NCBI GenBank assembly: GCA_013044465.1 | Contig: JABEUL010000244.1 | Coordinates: forward strand, 1 to 40,445 | Origin: Acidimicrobiales bacterium | Lineage (GTDB): Bacteria; Actinomycetota; Acidimicrobiia; Acidimicrobiales; JABEUL01 | Reading direction: 5' to 3' | Length of the DNA: 40,445 nucleotides | Shown here: in pieces, positions 9,396 through 17,918 of the stretch | Position numbering within the stretch: position 1 is the stretch's first letter | Layout: each line of letters begins with the position of its first letter | Program-made: the position numbers and the translations under genes | The notes under the pieces: model-generated | What the model saw: the letters and a program-made list of their open reading frames with translations, nothing else | Database searches by the model: none | What the model was told of the DNA's origin: nothing

Positions 9396-9983
9396 TTACG
9401 GAAATCCGTGTCCGGACCATCCCTTCCACGACGTTGTCGTCGAAACAAATGGAGTTGAAGCCGAGCAAGTTAAACTTCCCGTGGTCGGTGCCCGCTCATA
9501 TGCATACCAAGTTCCTTTGCCATACGTAGTGGGTCCCGAACTACCAAGGTAAAGCGATATTGGTTGGAGGGTAGAAATTATATGGTAGCAGTTGCCATTT
9601 CCTGACAAATCTGCAATTGAAACATATGAATAAACCGTAGGAGTCCCGCTGGTGCCAGTTACAACAGACACGTTATTCTCGCTGGTAGAAGACCCACTAG
9701 TAAATGTCAATCCAGATGAATCTGTCGCTAAATTATTGACCATAGAATTAGTATCTAAATACTGTCCCACATTGTTGGTATAGATAGTCTGGGCCAAAAT
9801 CAATACGTTTGTCGTATTGCTTTCAGCAGCAGTCTGCTTGGAAGTTGAAATAACTCCAAAAAAAGTTGGAACAGCTATCGCCAAAAGAATGGATATTACA
9901 AGCATCACTACAAGTAGCTCTACAAGCGTAAATCCTCCTTCACCGACGTCTAAATCTGTGCTCTCGCACGATAAATCCCTCAT
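9396..9983 (-). CDS. Type IV pilin / pseudopilin-like protein with a prepilin-type N-terminal cleavage/methylation motif
   Basis: The leader ...DVGEGG followed by FTLVELLVVMLVISILLAIAVP fits the classical G/FTLxE class III signal (Gly at -1, Phe at +1, Glu at +5). The C-terminal region is Ser/Thr-rich and carries a Cys pair. The start is set at ATG 9983 (MRDLSCEST...). The track start is 10016. Confidence 0.8.
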   Translation of the reverse strand: MRDLSCESTDLDVGEGGFTLVELLVVMLVISILLAIAVPTFFGVISTSKQTAAESNTTNVLILAQTIYTNNVGQYLDTNSMVNNLATDSSGLTFTSGSSTSENNVSVVTGTSGTPTVYSYVSIADLSGNGNCYHIISTLQPISLYLGSSGPTTYGKGTWYAYERAPTTGSLTCSASTPFVSTTTSWKGWSGHGFP

Positions 9984-10096
9984 AACAGTCTCCTCTAAAA
10001 ATACGCATAATGCCATGCATGTATTTTCTATCGGATAAATTGACCAAAGAGTTAAAAGATTTACTTAACCTACTACCAGTAAGTTCATATTATATG

Positions 10097-10843
10097 CTAA
10101 CCCTGTTTGTTGGCAGAGTTATAACGAACAAAGTCATTCACAGACCAGTATGCCTCAATTGATTCCCCTGCATCACCCCAGAATCCTTCCAGGATGTCAT
10201 AAGCCATACTGCCCTGGTTAACAAAGTAGTTGTTTACATCGGTAATTTCGAGTTCGCCTCTGCCTGAGGGTTCAAGGGTTTTAATGATCTGGAAAACACT
10301 TGGGTCGTACAAGTAAATGCCGGTAACGCAGAAAGAAGAAGGCGGATCTGAGGGTTTTTCGACAATTTCAGTTACTTTGCCCCCTGCATCTAATCTTGGG
10401 ACGCCAAGATGCTTCAGATGAATTGGATCTTCCACCTTAGAAAGGAGAATACGTGCTCCAACAGGGTCTTTGAGAAAATTATCCACCATTGGTTTAATCG
10501 AGTTTTCCACAATGTTGTCAGCAAGCATCACTAGAGTGGGCTCGTCTCCAACAAATCTCTCCGCTAAACCGAGGGCTTCAGCTATTCCCCCTGGCCTATC
10601 TTGGTAGGCATAACTTAAGCGGTCAATACCACTAGCATGACCATTTCCCAAGAGTCGTAAAAACTCACCCGCATGCGTCCCACCAGTGACCAGCATAATT
10701 TCAGTAATTCCAGCATTCACAATAGCTTCAATGGCCCATGAGATCATGGGACGATCAAATATTGGAAGCAGGTGCTTGTTAGTGATATTTGTAAGCGGCT
10801 GCAGTCGAGTTCCCGATCCACCAGCCAAAACAACGCCCTTCAT
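10097..10843 (-). CDS. Sugar-1-phosphate nucleotidyltransferase (short glucose-1-phosphate thymidylyl/uridylyltransferase family)
   Basis: The N-terminus MKGVVLAGGSGTRLQPLTNITNKHLLPI is the canonical G-x-G-T-R-L nucleotidyltransferase signature. A GGGAG Shine-Dalgarno sequence precedes the ATG. Confidence 0.85.
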   Translation of the reverse strand: MKGVVLAGGSGTRLQPLTNITNKHLLPIFDRPMISWAIEAIVNAGITEIMLVTGGTHAGEFLRLLGNGHASGIDRLSYAYQDRPGGIAEALGLAERFVGDEPTLVMLADNIVENSIKPMVDNFLKDPVGARILLSKVEDPIHLKHLGVPRLDAGGKVTEIVEKPSDPPSSFCVTGIYLYDPSVFQIIKTLEPSGRGELEITDVNNYFVNQGSMAYDILEGFWGDAGESIEAYWSVNDFVRYNSANKQG

Positions 10844-11275
10844 TTTTCTCCCTTGTAAGTATTGCGCATAATTTATCAGAGAAATTTGTCCTTCGAGAAA
10901 CTATTGGTAAAGCAGTCTTTATGACTCAATACTCATAGTTAAAGTGTCTTTGGGTTTTTCATCCCTTATCATGCTATTAGACTTTCATCAGAACACCCCT
11001 AAGAGACCAGTGACATGAGCCGTGAGACAAGTCACGAAGTCATAATCGAGAGTTCATACTTTGGCTTTCCAGATCAACGGCAGGTAAAGTAACTCGGTAT
11101 TGATTCTAATGAGCATTTTCATTGTACTTTTTAAACTCTGTTCCTAATGATGTCTGCAAGTTCACCGACACACTCTCTAAAGTAAAGGTTAACTACAGAA
11201 TATAGACCTACGGCACCTAAACAAGGTTCCGAAGGCCACCCCTCCAGTAACAACGAAACGAGCAGGAGCAATAAA

Positions 11276-11635
11276 ATGAATAATAGAAACATTAGTCATA
11301 TCGATATCGTCACCAAAGACCAAGCAGTAACTTCACAGTTCTATTCCGAGACATTTGGTTGGAACATCCAAACCATAGAGATGCCGGGAGAAAACTACAA
11401 TGTTTGGCAGTCAGGAAATATAAGGGGAGGGTTTCCAAATATTGATGATAACAATAAGATAGGCGGTGTGACTGTTTATTTAGACAGTGATGATATCGAC
11501 GCTGATTTGGCAAAAGTTGAAGCCAATGGGGGAAATACGGTAATGCACAAAATAGAAATCCCTAACGTAGGTTGGTATGCCTATTTCACAGATCCAACGG
11601 GCAATAGACTCGGGCTATTTACGCGAAAAAAATGA
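11276..11635 (+). CDS. VOC (glyoxalase/bleomycin-resistance/dioxygenase) family protein
   Basis: 119-aa ORF. The pattern HIDIVTKD...FYSETFGW...GGVTVYL...G.YAYFTDPTGNRLGLF is typical of small VOC proteins. An AGGAG Shine-Dalgarno sequence lies 8 nt upstream. Confidence 0.8.
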   Translation: MNNRNISHIDIVTKDQAVTSQFYSETFGWNIQTIEMPGENYNVWQSGNIRGGFPNIDDNNKIGGVTVYLDSDDIDADLAKVEANGGNTVMHKIEIPNVGWYAYFTDPTGNRLGLFTRKK

Positions 11636-11882
11636 ATACCCTCAATATTAGGACCTTCAGCGCGATAAATTAGCATCAATGGCACTCATTGAGAGAAGAA
11701 ACTTTGGAAATTCGTTACTCTTAATCTCATTCCGCAGTTACCTTCGCTAGCCTCAATTACATTTACATCACTGAGACCTATCAATATTTCAATCACTAAT
11801 TTTGGTTCAGTTGCAACGAAAACCTTTTCAGTAAATCGATGCTAATGTTCAACCAAAGCCTATTTCAGTAACTTTAAAGTCC

Positions 11883-12016
11883 TTAGATTTCCCACTTATA
11901 AGTGGAGTGCGAGTTTACTTAGACATCCAAGAAGCGTCTTACAGCCACATTAGATTGCCCACTTATAAGTGGAGTGCGAGTTTACTTAGACATCCAAGAA
12001 GCGTCTTACAGCCACA
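11883..12016. repeat. Direct tandem duplication, 2 x 67 bp (11883..11949 and 11950..12016), 66/67 identical. It spans the ftsX stop codon and the last 28 coding nt plus 36 nt downstream.
   Basis: Read directly: TTAGATT(T/G)CCCACTTATAAGTGGAGTGCGAGTTTACTTAGACATCCAAGAAGCGTCTTACAGCCACA occurs twice, head to tail. The only mismatch is 11890 T versus 11957 G. Each copy carries the perfect 14-nt palindrome CCACTTATAAGTGG (11892..11905 and 11959..11972). Confidence 0.95.
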
Positions 12017-12897
12017 AATGAACCAAATACCCCAACTCCAGCACCTACGAAAACCAAAACAATAGCTGACATCAATGCATCATGAGGAGTTGCAACCGTT
12101 GCTTGAAGCAGAGAAGGACCATTGGAAGTTGACGATCCTAAAGCATCGGTTTTAGATACTACAGAATTCAAAATTGATCGAATTCCAAATACTACCCCTC
12201 CAGCTAACACTGCACCAAATATGCCTTCAAATAATCCTTCCAACATAAATGGAATTCTTATAAACCAATTTGTGGCTCCGACCAATTTCATAACCGATAC
12301 TTCACGGCTTCTTGAATAAATTGCTAATCGAATGGTCATAAATATCAAGACAATCGAAGCTCCAAGCATCAGCACAGCCATGCCTAATAGAGCTAGCTGC
12401 AAAATAGACGTAATCTGTTCCATTGTATGTATCGCTTGGCTCGGGTATTTCACATCTCTCACACCTGGTTGACCGTGAAACACTTTAAAAACTGCAGGCG
12501 CATCATTAGGATTAGTCAAAACACAACGATAAATTGTGGGTGAAGTCTGGACTGAAAAGACATTTACGATGTCAGGCTGAGATGCAAAGACCTGCTTAAT
12601 GAGCTGATATGACTGGCTGTGGTCAACATAGTTACAGCTTGCAATTAAAGGCGACGCTTTAAGCGCAGATCCAATTGATGAAACCTCCGAATTTGCGTCA
12701 TTAGCATTAAGCCAAATCTGAACACCCACTCCATGAGACCACTGCGAAGTAGCATTTGCCACCCCTTGTCTCACTACAAGAGCCGAACCAACTAGAGAAA
12801 GTGAAACCACAACGGTTAACACTGCAGCGAGTGCATACTGGGCGTTTCTCCAAAGATTTATAAACGTATCGCGCAAGGCACGCTTTATTGAAAGCAT
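11986..12897 (-). CDS. ftsX: Cell division permease-like protein FtsX
   Basis: 303 aa, lying immediately downstream of ftsE. It has an N-terminal TM helix, a large extracytoplasmic loop and three C-terminal TM helices (MKLVGATNWFIRIPFMLEG motif). Confidence 0.9.
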   Translation of the reverse strand: MLSIKRALRDTFINLWRNAQYALAAVLTVVVSLSLVGSALVVRQGVANATSQWSHGVGVQIWLNANDANSEVSSIGSALKASPLIASCNYVDHSQSYQLIKQVFASQPDIVNVFSVQTSPTIYRCVLTNPNDAPAVFKVFHGQPGVRDVKYPSQAIHTMEQITSILQLALLGMAVLMLGASIVLIFMTIRLAIYSRSREVSVMKLVGATNWFIRIPFMLEGLFEGIFGAVLAGGVVFGIRSILNSVVSKTDALGSSTSNGPSLLQATVATPHDALMSAIVLVFVGAGVGVFGSFVAVRRFLDV

Positions 12898-12898
12898 C

Positions 12899-13744
12899 TC
12901 AATCTACCTTTTCTGGAACTGCTTCTTCACTTATGCTTGCTAGTCCAACATCTGAAACTTGCCTACGTATACGTTTTCTTCCTTTTACAAGTTCATCGGT
13001 GTCACTTCCACTCGTAACTGCTCGAATTGCACCTGTGAGTCGTTCTCCTGCTAGATCTGGGTCCTCTAGGCCGTATACACCGCGAGACTGATCTCTAACC
13101 AACTCTCCAGCTTCAAGCTGAATAACTCGTCGTCTCATTGTGTCCACAATGCTTGCATCATGGGTAGCCATTAAAACTGTAGTTTCTGTTCTATTGATAC
13201 GATCCAATAACCGCATGATTCCTTGTGAAGTCGCCGGATCGAGATTGCCAGTAGGTTCATCACACAGAAGAATCAAAGGTCTATTTACAAAAGCTCTTGC
13301 AATCGCAACTCGCTGCTGTTCGCCACCTGAAAGTTGGTTTGGCAAACTATTGGCCTTATGCGATAACCCAACTAATTCAAGAACCTGCGGAACTTTTGCA
13401 TCAACTACATGCTTAGATCTCCCGATGACTTCCAGAGAAAATGCGACATTTCCAAATACTGTCTTGTTCGGAAGCAGTCTAAAATCCTGAAAAACACATC
13501 CAATATTTCTTCTCAAAAAGGGAACTTTCCAATGATGCAGTTTGCCTAAGTCACGTCCCGCTACCCAGATTTGACCAACATCGGCCTTTTCCTCGCGCAA
13601 GAGAAGTTTCAAAAAAGTAGTTTTCCCGGACCCTGACGGACCAACAAGGAACACAAACTCACCCTTATTTATCTCCAGAGAGATGTTATTGAGTGCCTTT
13701 GCAGTTCCTTTGTAAGACTTAGAGACATTCTCAAATCGAATCAT
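12899..13744 (-). CDS. ftsE: Cell division ATP-binding protein FtsE, with an unusual C-terminal extension of about 50-55 aa
   Basis: Walker [13 protein letters not shown] signature [14 protein letters not shown] and Walker [13 protein letters not shown] are present. The start is set at ATG 13744 ([11 protein letters not shown]). The track start at 13759 is a TTG. Confidence 0.9.
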   Translation of the reverse strand: MIRFENVSKSYKGTAKALNNISLEINKGEFVFLVGPSGSGKTTFLKLLLREEKADVGQIWVAGRDLGKLHHWKVPFLRRNIGCVFQDFRLLPNKTVFGNVAFSLEVIGRSKHVVDAKVPQVLELVGLSHKANSLPNQLSGGEQQRVAIARAFVNRPLILLCDEPTGNLDPATSQGIMRLLDRINRTETTVLMATHDASIVDTMRRRVIQLEAGELVRDQSRGVYGLEDPDLAGERLTGAIRAVTSGSDTDELVKGRKRIRRQVSDVGLASISEEAVPEKVD

Positions 13745-13870
13745 AATTACAAAAACCAAAAAAATAATAACTCAGACGAGTTATAGACATTAGCTAAATT
13801 GTATCATCTCAATGATTGAAATTTAAGGCAAACAAGGATAAAACTCTAAAAGTCCTAGTTATCTCGGAAT

Positions 13871-15004
13871 TTATTGACTATTCTCCGACCTTCTCCAACT
13901 CAGAAATGATTCAATTAATGGATCGAGGTCGCCATCCAAAACTCCAGCAACATTGCCCACTTCAAAGGAGGTTCTTAGATCCTTCACAAGTTGATAAGGT
14001 GCCAAAACGTATGATCTTATCTGACTTCCCCAAGCGACTTCACTCTGTGGGCCTGAAATAGCATTCAATTTCTCCTGATGTTGTACCCTTTCTAATTCGG
14101 CTAATTTAGATGCCAATATCTGCATGGCCTTAGCCTTATTTTGGTGCTGGGATCTCTCATTTTGGCATGCCACTGCAATTCCAGTCGGTAGATGAGTTAT
14201 CCTCACTGCCGAATCTGTTTTATTGACATGTTGACCACCTGCACCTGATGACCTATATGTATCGATTCGAAGTTCAGACTCATCAATTGACACTTCACCT
14301 GGATCATCTAGGAGAGGAATCACGTCAAAGGATGCGAAACTGGTATGCCTTCTATGGGCCGAATCAAAGGGTGACATTCTCACCATTCTGTGAACACCTC
14401 GTTCTGTTGAAAGAAGCCCGTATGCGAATCTTCCTCTAATGATAAAGGTCACTGAAAGAATTCCGGCTTGGCTTCCTTCAGTGATCTCATCAATTTCAAA
14501 GTCAAAGCCTCGCCTCTCGGCCCATCGTTGATACATACGTAACATCATTTCAGCCCAGTCTTGAGCATCAGTTCCTCCCGCTCCAGCGTGAATTTCAGCT
14601 ACTGCATCTTGCTCATCATGCTCACCTGATAGTAGTGAGCGAATCTCCAAATTTTGCAGTTGAGAATTCAGTTGATGAGTTATTTTACTCAACTCATCAA
14701 CTAGTAATTCCCCACCTTCCTCTTTGATCAATTCAATGTAAACGTTGGCGTCAGCAATTTGTCTAAAGAGATTGTCAACAATTTCGATATCATCTCTCGT
14801 CGCGTTGTACTCAGTGGTAATAGACTTGGCCGTCTCGAGGTCATCCCATAGATCACTGCGAGCAATTTCGACTTCAAGTAATTCAAGTCTCTTCTTGGCC
14901 TCCGAGTAACCGAGGAACCTCTTCGCCAGTGTGGCACGCCTGTCAAGATCTTCTATTAAATCATTTAAGACTTTTACGCGTTCTGCGTCTAATGGATTTG
15001 CCAA
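13871..15004 (-). CDS. prfB: Peptide chain release factor 2, encoded as a single uninterrupted frame
   Basis: 377 aa with the RF2-specific SPF tripeptide (RMSPFDS) and the GGQ motif (SGAGGQHVNKTDSAVR). Confidence 0.95.
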   Translation of the reverse strand: MANPLDAERVKVLNDLIEDLDRRATLAKRFLGYSEAKKRLELLEVEIARSDLWDDLETAKSITTEYNATRDDIEIVDNLFRQIADANVYIELIKEEGGELLVDELSKITHQLNSQLQNLEIRSLLSGEHDEQDAVAEIHAGAGGTDAQDWAEMMLRMYQRWAERRGFDFEIDEITEGSQAGILSVTFIIRGRFAYGLLSTERGVHRMVRMSPFDSAHRRHTSFASFDVIPLLDDPGEVSIDESELRIDTYRSSGAGGQHVNKTDSAVRITHLPTGIAVACQNERSQHQNKAKAMQILASKLAELERVQHQEKLNAISGPQSEVAWGSQIRSYVLAPYQLVKDLRTSFEVGNVAGVLDGDLDPLIESFLSWRRSENSQ

Positions 15005-15009
15005 TGCTT

Positions 15010-17754
15010 CTATCTAGCTCCGTGACAGAATTTAAACTTCTTATTCGATCCACACCAGCAAATATCATTTCTACCCAGTTTCTCCCGGTCAGATTTTTTT
15101 ACCGTAACATTCTCGCCAGATGTATCTTTTGGATCAACTGGCTTAGACTCGTTTGGACCCATTGCTGTGGGGATTTCCATAGTTTCTGGCTCAATTTGAG
15201 ACAAGGAATCACCCGGGGTATCCGAAGGTGAGTAGTAAGAGGCTTTAGAGAGATCTGGCATTTCGTTATGCATGGGCGCTAATGCTGCAACCTGAACATG
15301 GAAGACATATTTGAGGTAGTCATCGTCAATGGTTCCTAAAAGTGCAGTGAACATCTCAAAACCTTCGCGTTGCCAAGCTGCAAGTGGGTCTTGCTGGCCC
15401 ATTGCTCGAAGACCAATACCTTCTCTGAGGTAATCCATCTCAGATAAGTGCTCTCTCCATCTTGTATCAATCACCTGGAGCATGATGTCACGCTCGACTG
15501 CCCTTGCCATCTCGTCTCCCCCAGGATACTCCTCATCTTTTTTGGCATAAAACTCCAAGGCCTCAGCAATAATGCTTTCTTTAATCTGGCTAGTATTGTT
15601 AGCCTTTGCCAAATCTTCTTCAGCAAAACCAGTTGGATAATACTCGCGAAGGGCTGATATAAGTTGGCTTAGATTCCACTGCTCTTCGAATTCGGAGGGA
15701 CAGGCGGAATCAGTAACTTTGACGCAAGCATCTTCAATTAATCCAAGAGTTTTTTCATAAAGATCTTCTCCAGCAAGTACACGATCCCTTAATTCATAAA
15801 TGATTTTTCTCTGTTCATTCATGACCTCGTCATATTTAAGAACATCTTTTCGAATTTCAGCATTTCTACCCTCTACTTTGGTCTGAGCTCGTTCAATAGA
15901 TCGAGTTACAAGTTTGGCTTCAATAGGCATCTCATCTGGGATGGTCTTATCCATCACCCAACTAACAGCTCCAGTTGCAAATATTCTCAGGAGATCATCT
16001 TCCAATGAGAGATAAAAGCGACTTTCTCCTGGATCTCCTTGCCTACCTGCTCGACCTCTTAATTGATTGTCAATTCTGCGACTCTCATGTCTTTCAGATC
16101 CCAAAACATAGAGACCACCCAGCTCTCTAATTTTGAATCCTTCAAACTCGCATTCAGATTTAAATTGTTTCAAAAGTGACTCATATTTAGAAGCGTATTC
16201 TTCACTGCCTTCATCTAAACCTAAGGCAAGACATTCCTTTTCGGCCAAGCCTTCAGGATTGCCACCCAACAAAATGTCCACTCCTCGACCAGCCATATTT
16301 GTGGCAACCGTAATAGCGTGAAGTCTTCCTGCTTGCGCCACAATATCAGCTTCCCTAAAGTGCAGCTTTGCATTTAATACCTGGTGAGGAATCCCCTCCT
16401 TGTCCAATAAGGATGATAACTGCTCTGACTTAGCAACCGATGCAGTACCTACTAAAACTGGCTGACCTGTTTCGTATCTTTCCATGATGTCTTTTACAAC
16501 CGCTTTGAACTTAATATCTTCGGTTTTATAGATTACATCGGGCTTGTCCTCTCTCACTAAAGGCAAATGTGTCGGAATAGGTACAACGGGCAGCTTATAT
16601 GTGGTTAAAAATTCTGAAGCTTCGGTTTCTGCTGTTCCTGTCATTCCCGAAAGCTTTGTATACATTCTGAAATAGTTCTGCAAAGTTACGGTGGCCCAAG
16701 TGTGATTTTCGTCCTTAATCTTGACTCGCTCTTTAGCCTCAACTGCTTGATGGAGACCTTCAGACCACCGTCTTCCGTCTAAGATTCTACCCGTATGCTC
16801 ATCAACTATCTGCACCTCACCATTTTGCACAATATAGTCACGGTCTCTGGTGTAGAGCTCTTTTGCTCGCAATGCTTGAGTTAGATGCAGAACCAAATTA
16901 GTGGACATGTCATCGTAGAGGTTGTCTAGTCCCAAAGACTTTTCAACCTTTGCAATACCTTCCTCAGTAGGGAAGACACTCTTCTTATCCTCATCCACGT
17001 CATAGTCCGCCCCCTCTTTAAGGGAACGCGATATCGCGGCAAATTGATAGTAAAGCTTGGACGAGTCCTCAGATGGACCCGAGATAATCAGTGGGGTTCT
17101 AGCCTCATCAATTAAAATCGAGTCAACTTCGTCAACAATTGCAAAATAATGACCTCTTTGAACTTTGCTTTCTAGCTGACGTGCCATATTGTCTCTCAAG
17201 TAATCAAAGCCAAATTCATTGTTCGTTCCATATGTAATGTCACATGAGTAGGCGCGACGCTTCTCTTCAGGTTCGATGACTTGGGAATTAACTATTCCAA
17301 CACTCAAACCCAGAAAATTGTGGATTCTTCCCATCCACTGAGCATCTCGTGAGGCAAGGTACTCATTCACAGTAATTACATGTACACCATCTCCGCTCAG
17401 GGCATTGAGGTAGACGGGAAGCGTGGAAACTAGTGTTTTCCCCTCACCTGTTTTCATTTCGGCAATCCATCCAAAATGCAGCGCCATTCCACCCATTAAC
17501 TGCACGTCATAATGCCGTTGCCCAATTACCCTGTCTGAAGACTCTCTAACAACAGCAAAAGCTTCAATTAAGATGTCATCGAGTGACTCACCATTGTCCA
17601 GACGTTCTTTGAATTCCGCAGTTTTTCCCTTCAATTCATCGTCTGACAAGGAGTGCATTTCATCTTCTAAATCGTTAATTAAAGGCACCACTTCCCCGAG
17701 GCGCCGTATTTTTTTGCCTTCTCCAGCTCGAAGGACTTTAGAAAAAATGCTCAT
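15010..17754 (-). CDS. secA: Preprotein translocase ATPase SecA
   Basis: 914 aa. The N-terminus is MSIFSKVLRAGEGKKIRRL, with a DEAD-like motor (MKTGEGKTL, DEVDSILIDEARTPLIISG) and the C-terminal zinc-binding tail CWCGSNKKFKFCHG. Confidence 0.97.
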   Translation of the reverse strand: MSIFSKVLRAGEGKKIRRLGEVVPLINDLEDEMHSLSDDELKGKTAEFKERLDNGESLDDILIEAFAVVRESSDRVIGQRHYDVQLMGGMALHFGWIAEMKTGEGKTLVSTLPVYLNALSGDGVHVITVNEYLASRDAQWMGRIHNFLGLSVGIVNSQVIEPEEKRRAYSCDITYGTNNEFGFDYLRDNMARQLESKVQRGHYFAIVDEVDSILIDEARTPLIISGPSEDSSKLYYQFAAISRSLKEGADYDVDEDKKSVFPTEEGIAKVEKSLGLDNLYDDMSTNLVLHLTQALRAKELYTRDRDYIVQNGEVQIVDEHTGRILDGRRWSEGLHQAVEAKERVKIKDENHTWATVTLQNYFRMYTKLSGMTGTAETEASEFLTTYKLPVVPIPTHLPLVREDKPDVIYKTEDIKFKAVVKDIMERYETGQPVLVGTASVAKSEQLSSLLDKEGIPHQVLNAKLHFREADIVAQAGRLHAITVATNMAGRGVDILLGGNPEGLAEKECLALGLDEGSEEYASKYESLLKQFKSECEFEGFKIRELGGLYVLGSERHESRRIDNQLRGRAGRQGDPGESRFYLSLEDDLLRIFATGAVSWVMDKTIPDEMPIEAKLVTRSIERAQTKVEGRNAEIRKDVLKYDEVMNEQRKIIYELRDRVLAGEDLYEKTLGLIEDACVKVTDSACPSEFEEQWNLSQLISALREYYPTGFAEEDLAKANNTSQIKESIIAEALEFYAKKDEEYPGGDEMARAVERDIMLQVIDTRWREHLSEMDYLREGIGLRAMGQQDPLAAWQREGFEMFTALLGTIDDDYLKYVFHVQVAALAPMHNEMPDLSKASYYSPSDTPGDSLSQIEPETMEIPTAMGPNESKPVDPKDTSGENVTVKKSDREKLGRNDICWCGSNKKFKFCHGAR

Positions 17755-17829
17755 AGATTAATCATTCTAGATAAAAACTGTCCCTATTGATTTCGGGCAC
17801 GAAAAAGTTGCTATCATCTAATGAGCTAA

Positions 17830-17912
17830 GCGGACGTGGCGGAATTTGGCAGACGCGCCGGGTTTAGGTCCCGGTGCCGCAAGGCGTGTGGGTTCAAATC
17901 CCACCGTCCGCA
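17830..17912 (+). tRNA. tRNA-Leu, anticodon UAG (class II, long variable arm). No CCA is encoded.
   Basis: Folded by hand. The acceptor GCGGACG pairs with CGTCCGC, followed by discriminator A. The D arm is GCG/CGC. The anticodon stem is CCGGG/CCCGG with loop TTTAGGT. The variable arm is GCC-GCAA-GGC. The T arm is GTGGG-TTCAAAT-CCCAC. Confidence 0.9.
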
Positions 17913-17918
17913 CTTAAT

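Noticed and set aside
11892-11905. Palindrome CCACTTATAAGTGG as the ftsX intrinsic terminator
   Set aside because: It can form only a 5-bp stem with a 4-nt loop and lacks a downstream U-tract in the ftsX orientation. It is kept only as part of the repeat observation, as a possible protein-binding site.
11636-11985. tmRNA (ssrA) or an smpB remnant downstream of ftsX
   Set aside because: No tRNA-like acceptor/T-arm sequence and no SmpB-like reading frame were found on either strand by eye. This cannot be fully excluded without a covariance-model scan.
11883-12016. A CRISPR-like or minisatellite array
   Set aside because: There are only two copies, directly abutting with no spacer. They overlap a coding 3' end, and no cas genes are present. 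It is reported as a tandem duplication instead.
14881-14940. Possible programmed +1 frameshift site in prfB, the classical CUU-UGA-C site near codon 25
   Set aside because: The gene is one uninterrupted 377-codon frame. The equivalent position reads AAG AGG TTC CTC GGT TAC (K R F L G Y) with no in-frame UGA. An SD-like AGAGG three nt before the Leu codon may be a fossil of the site, but no frameshift is needed.
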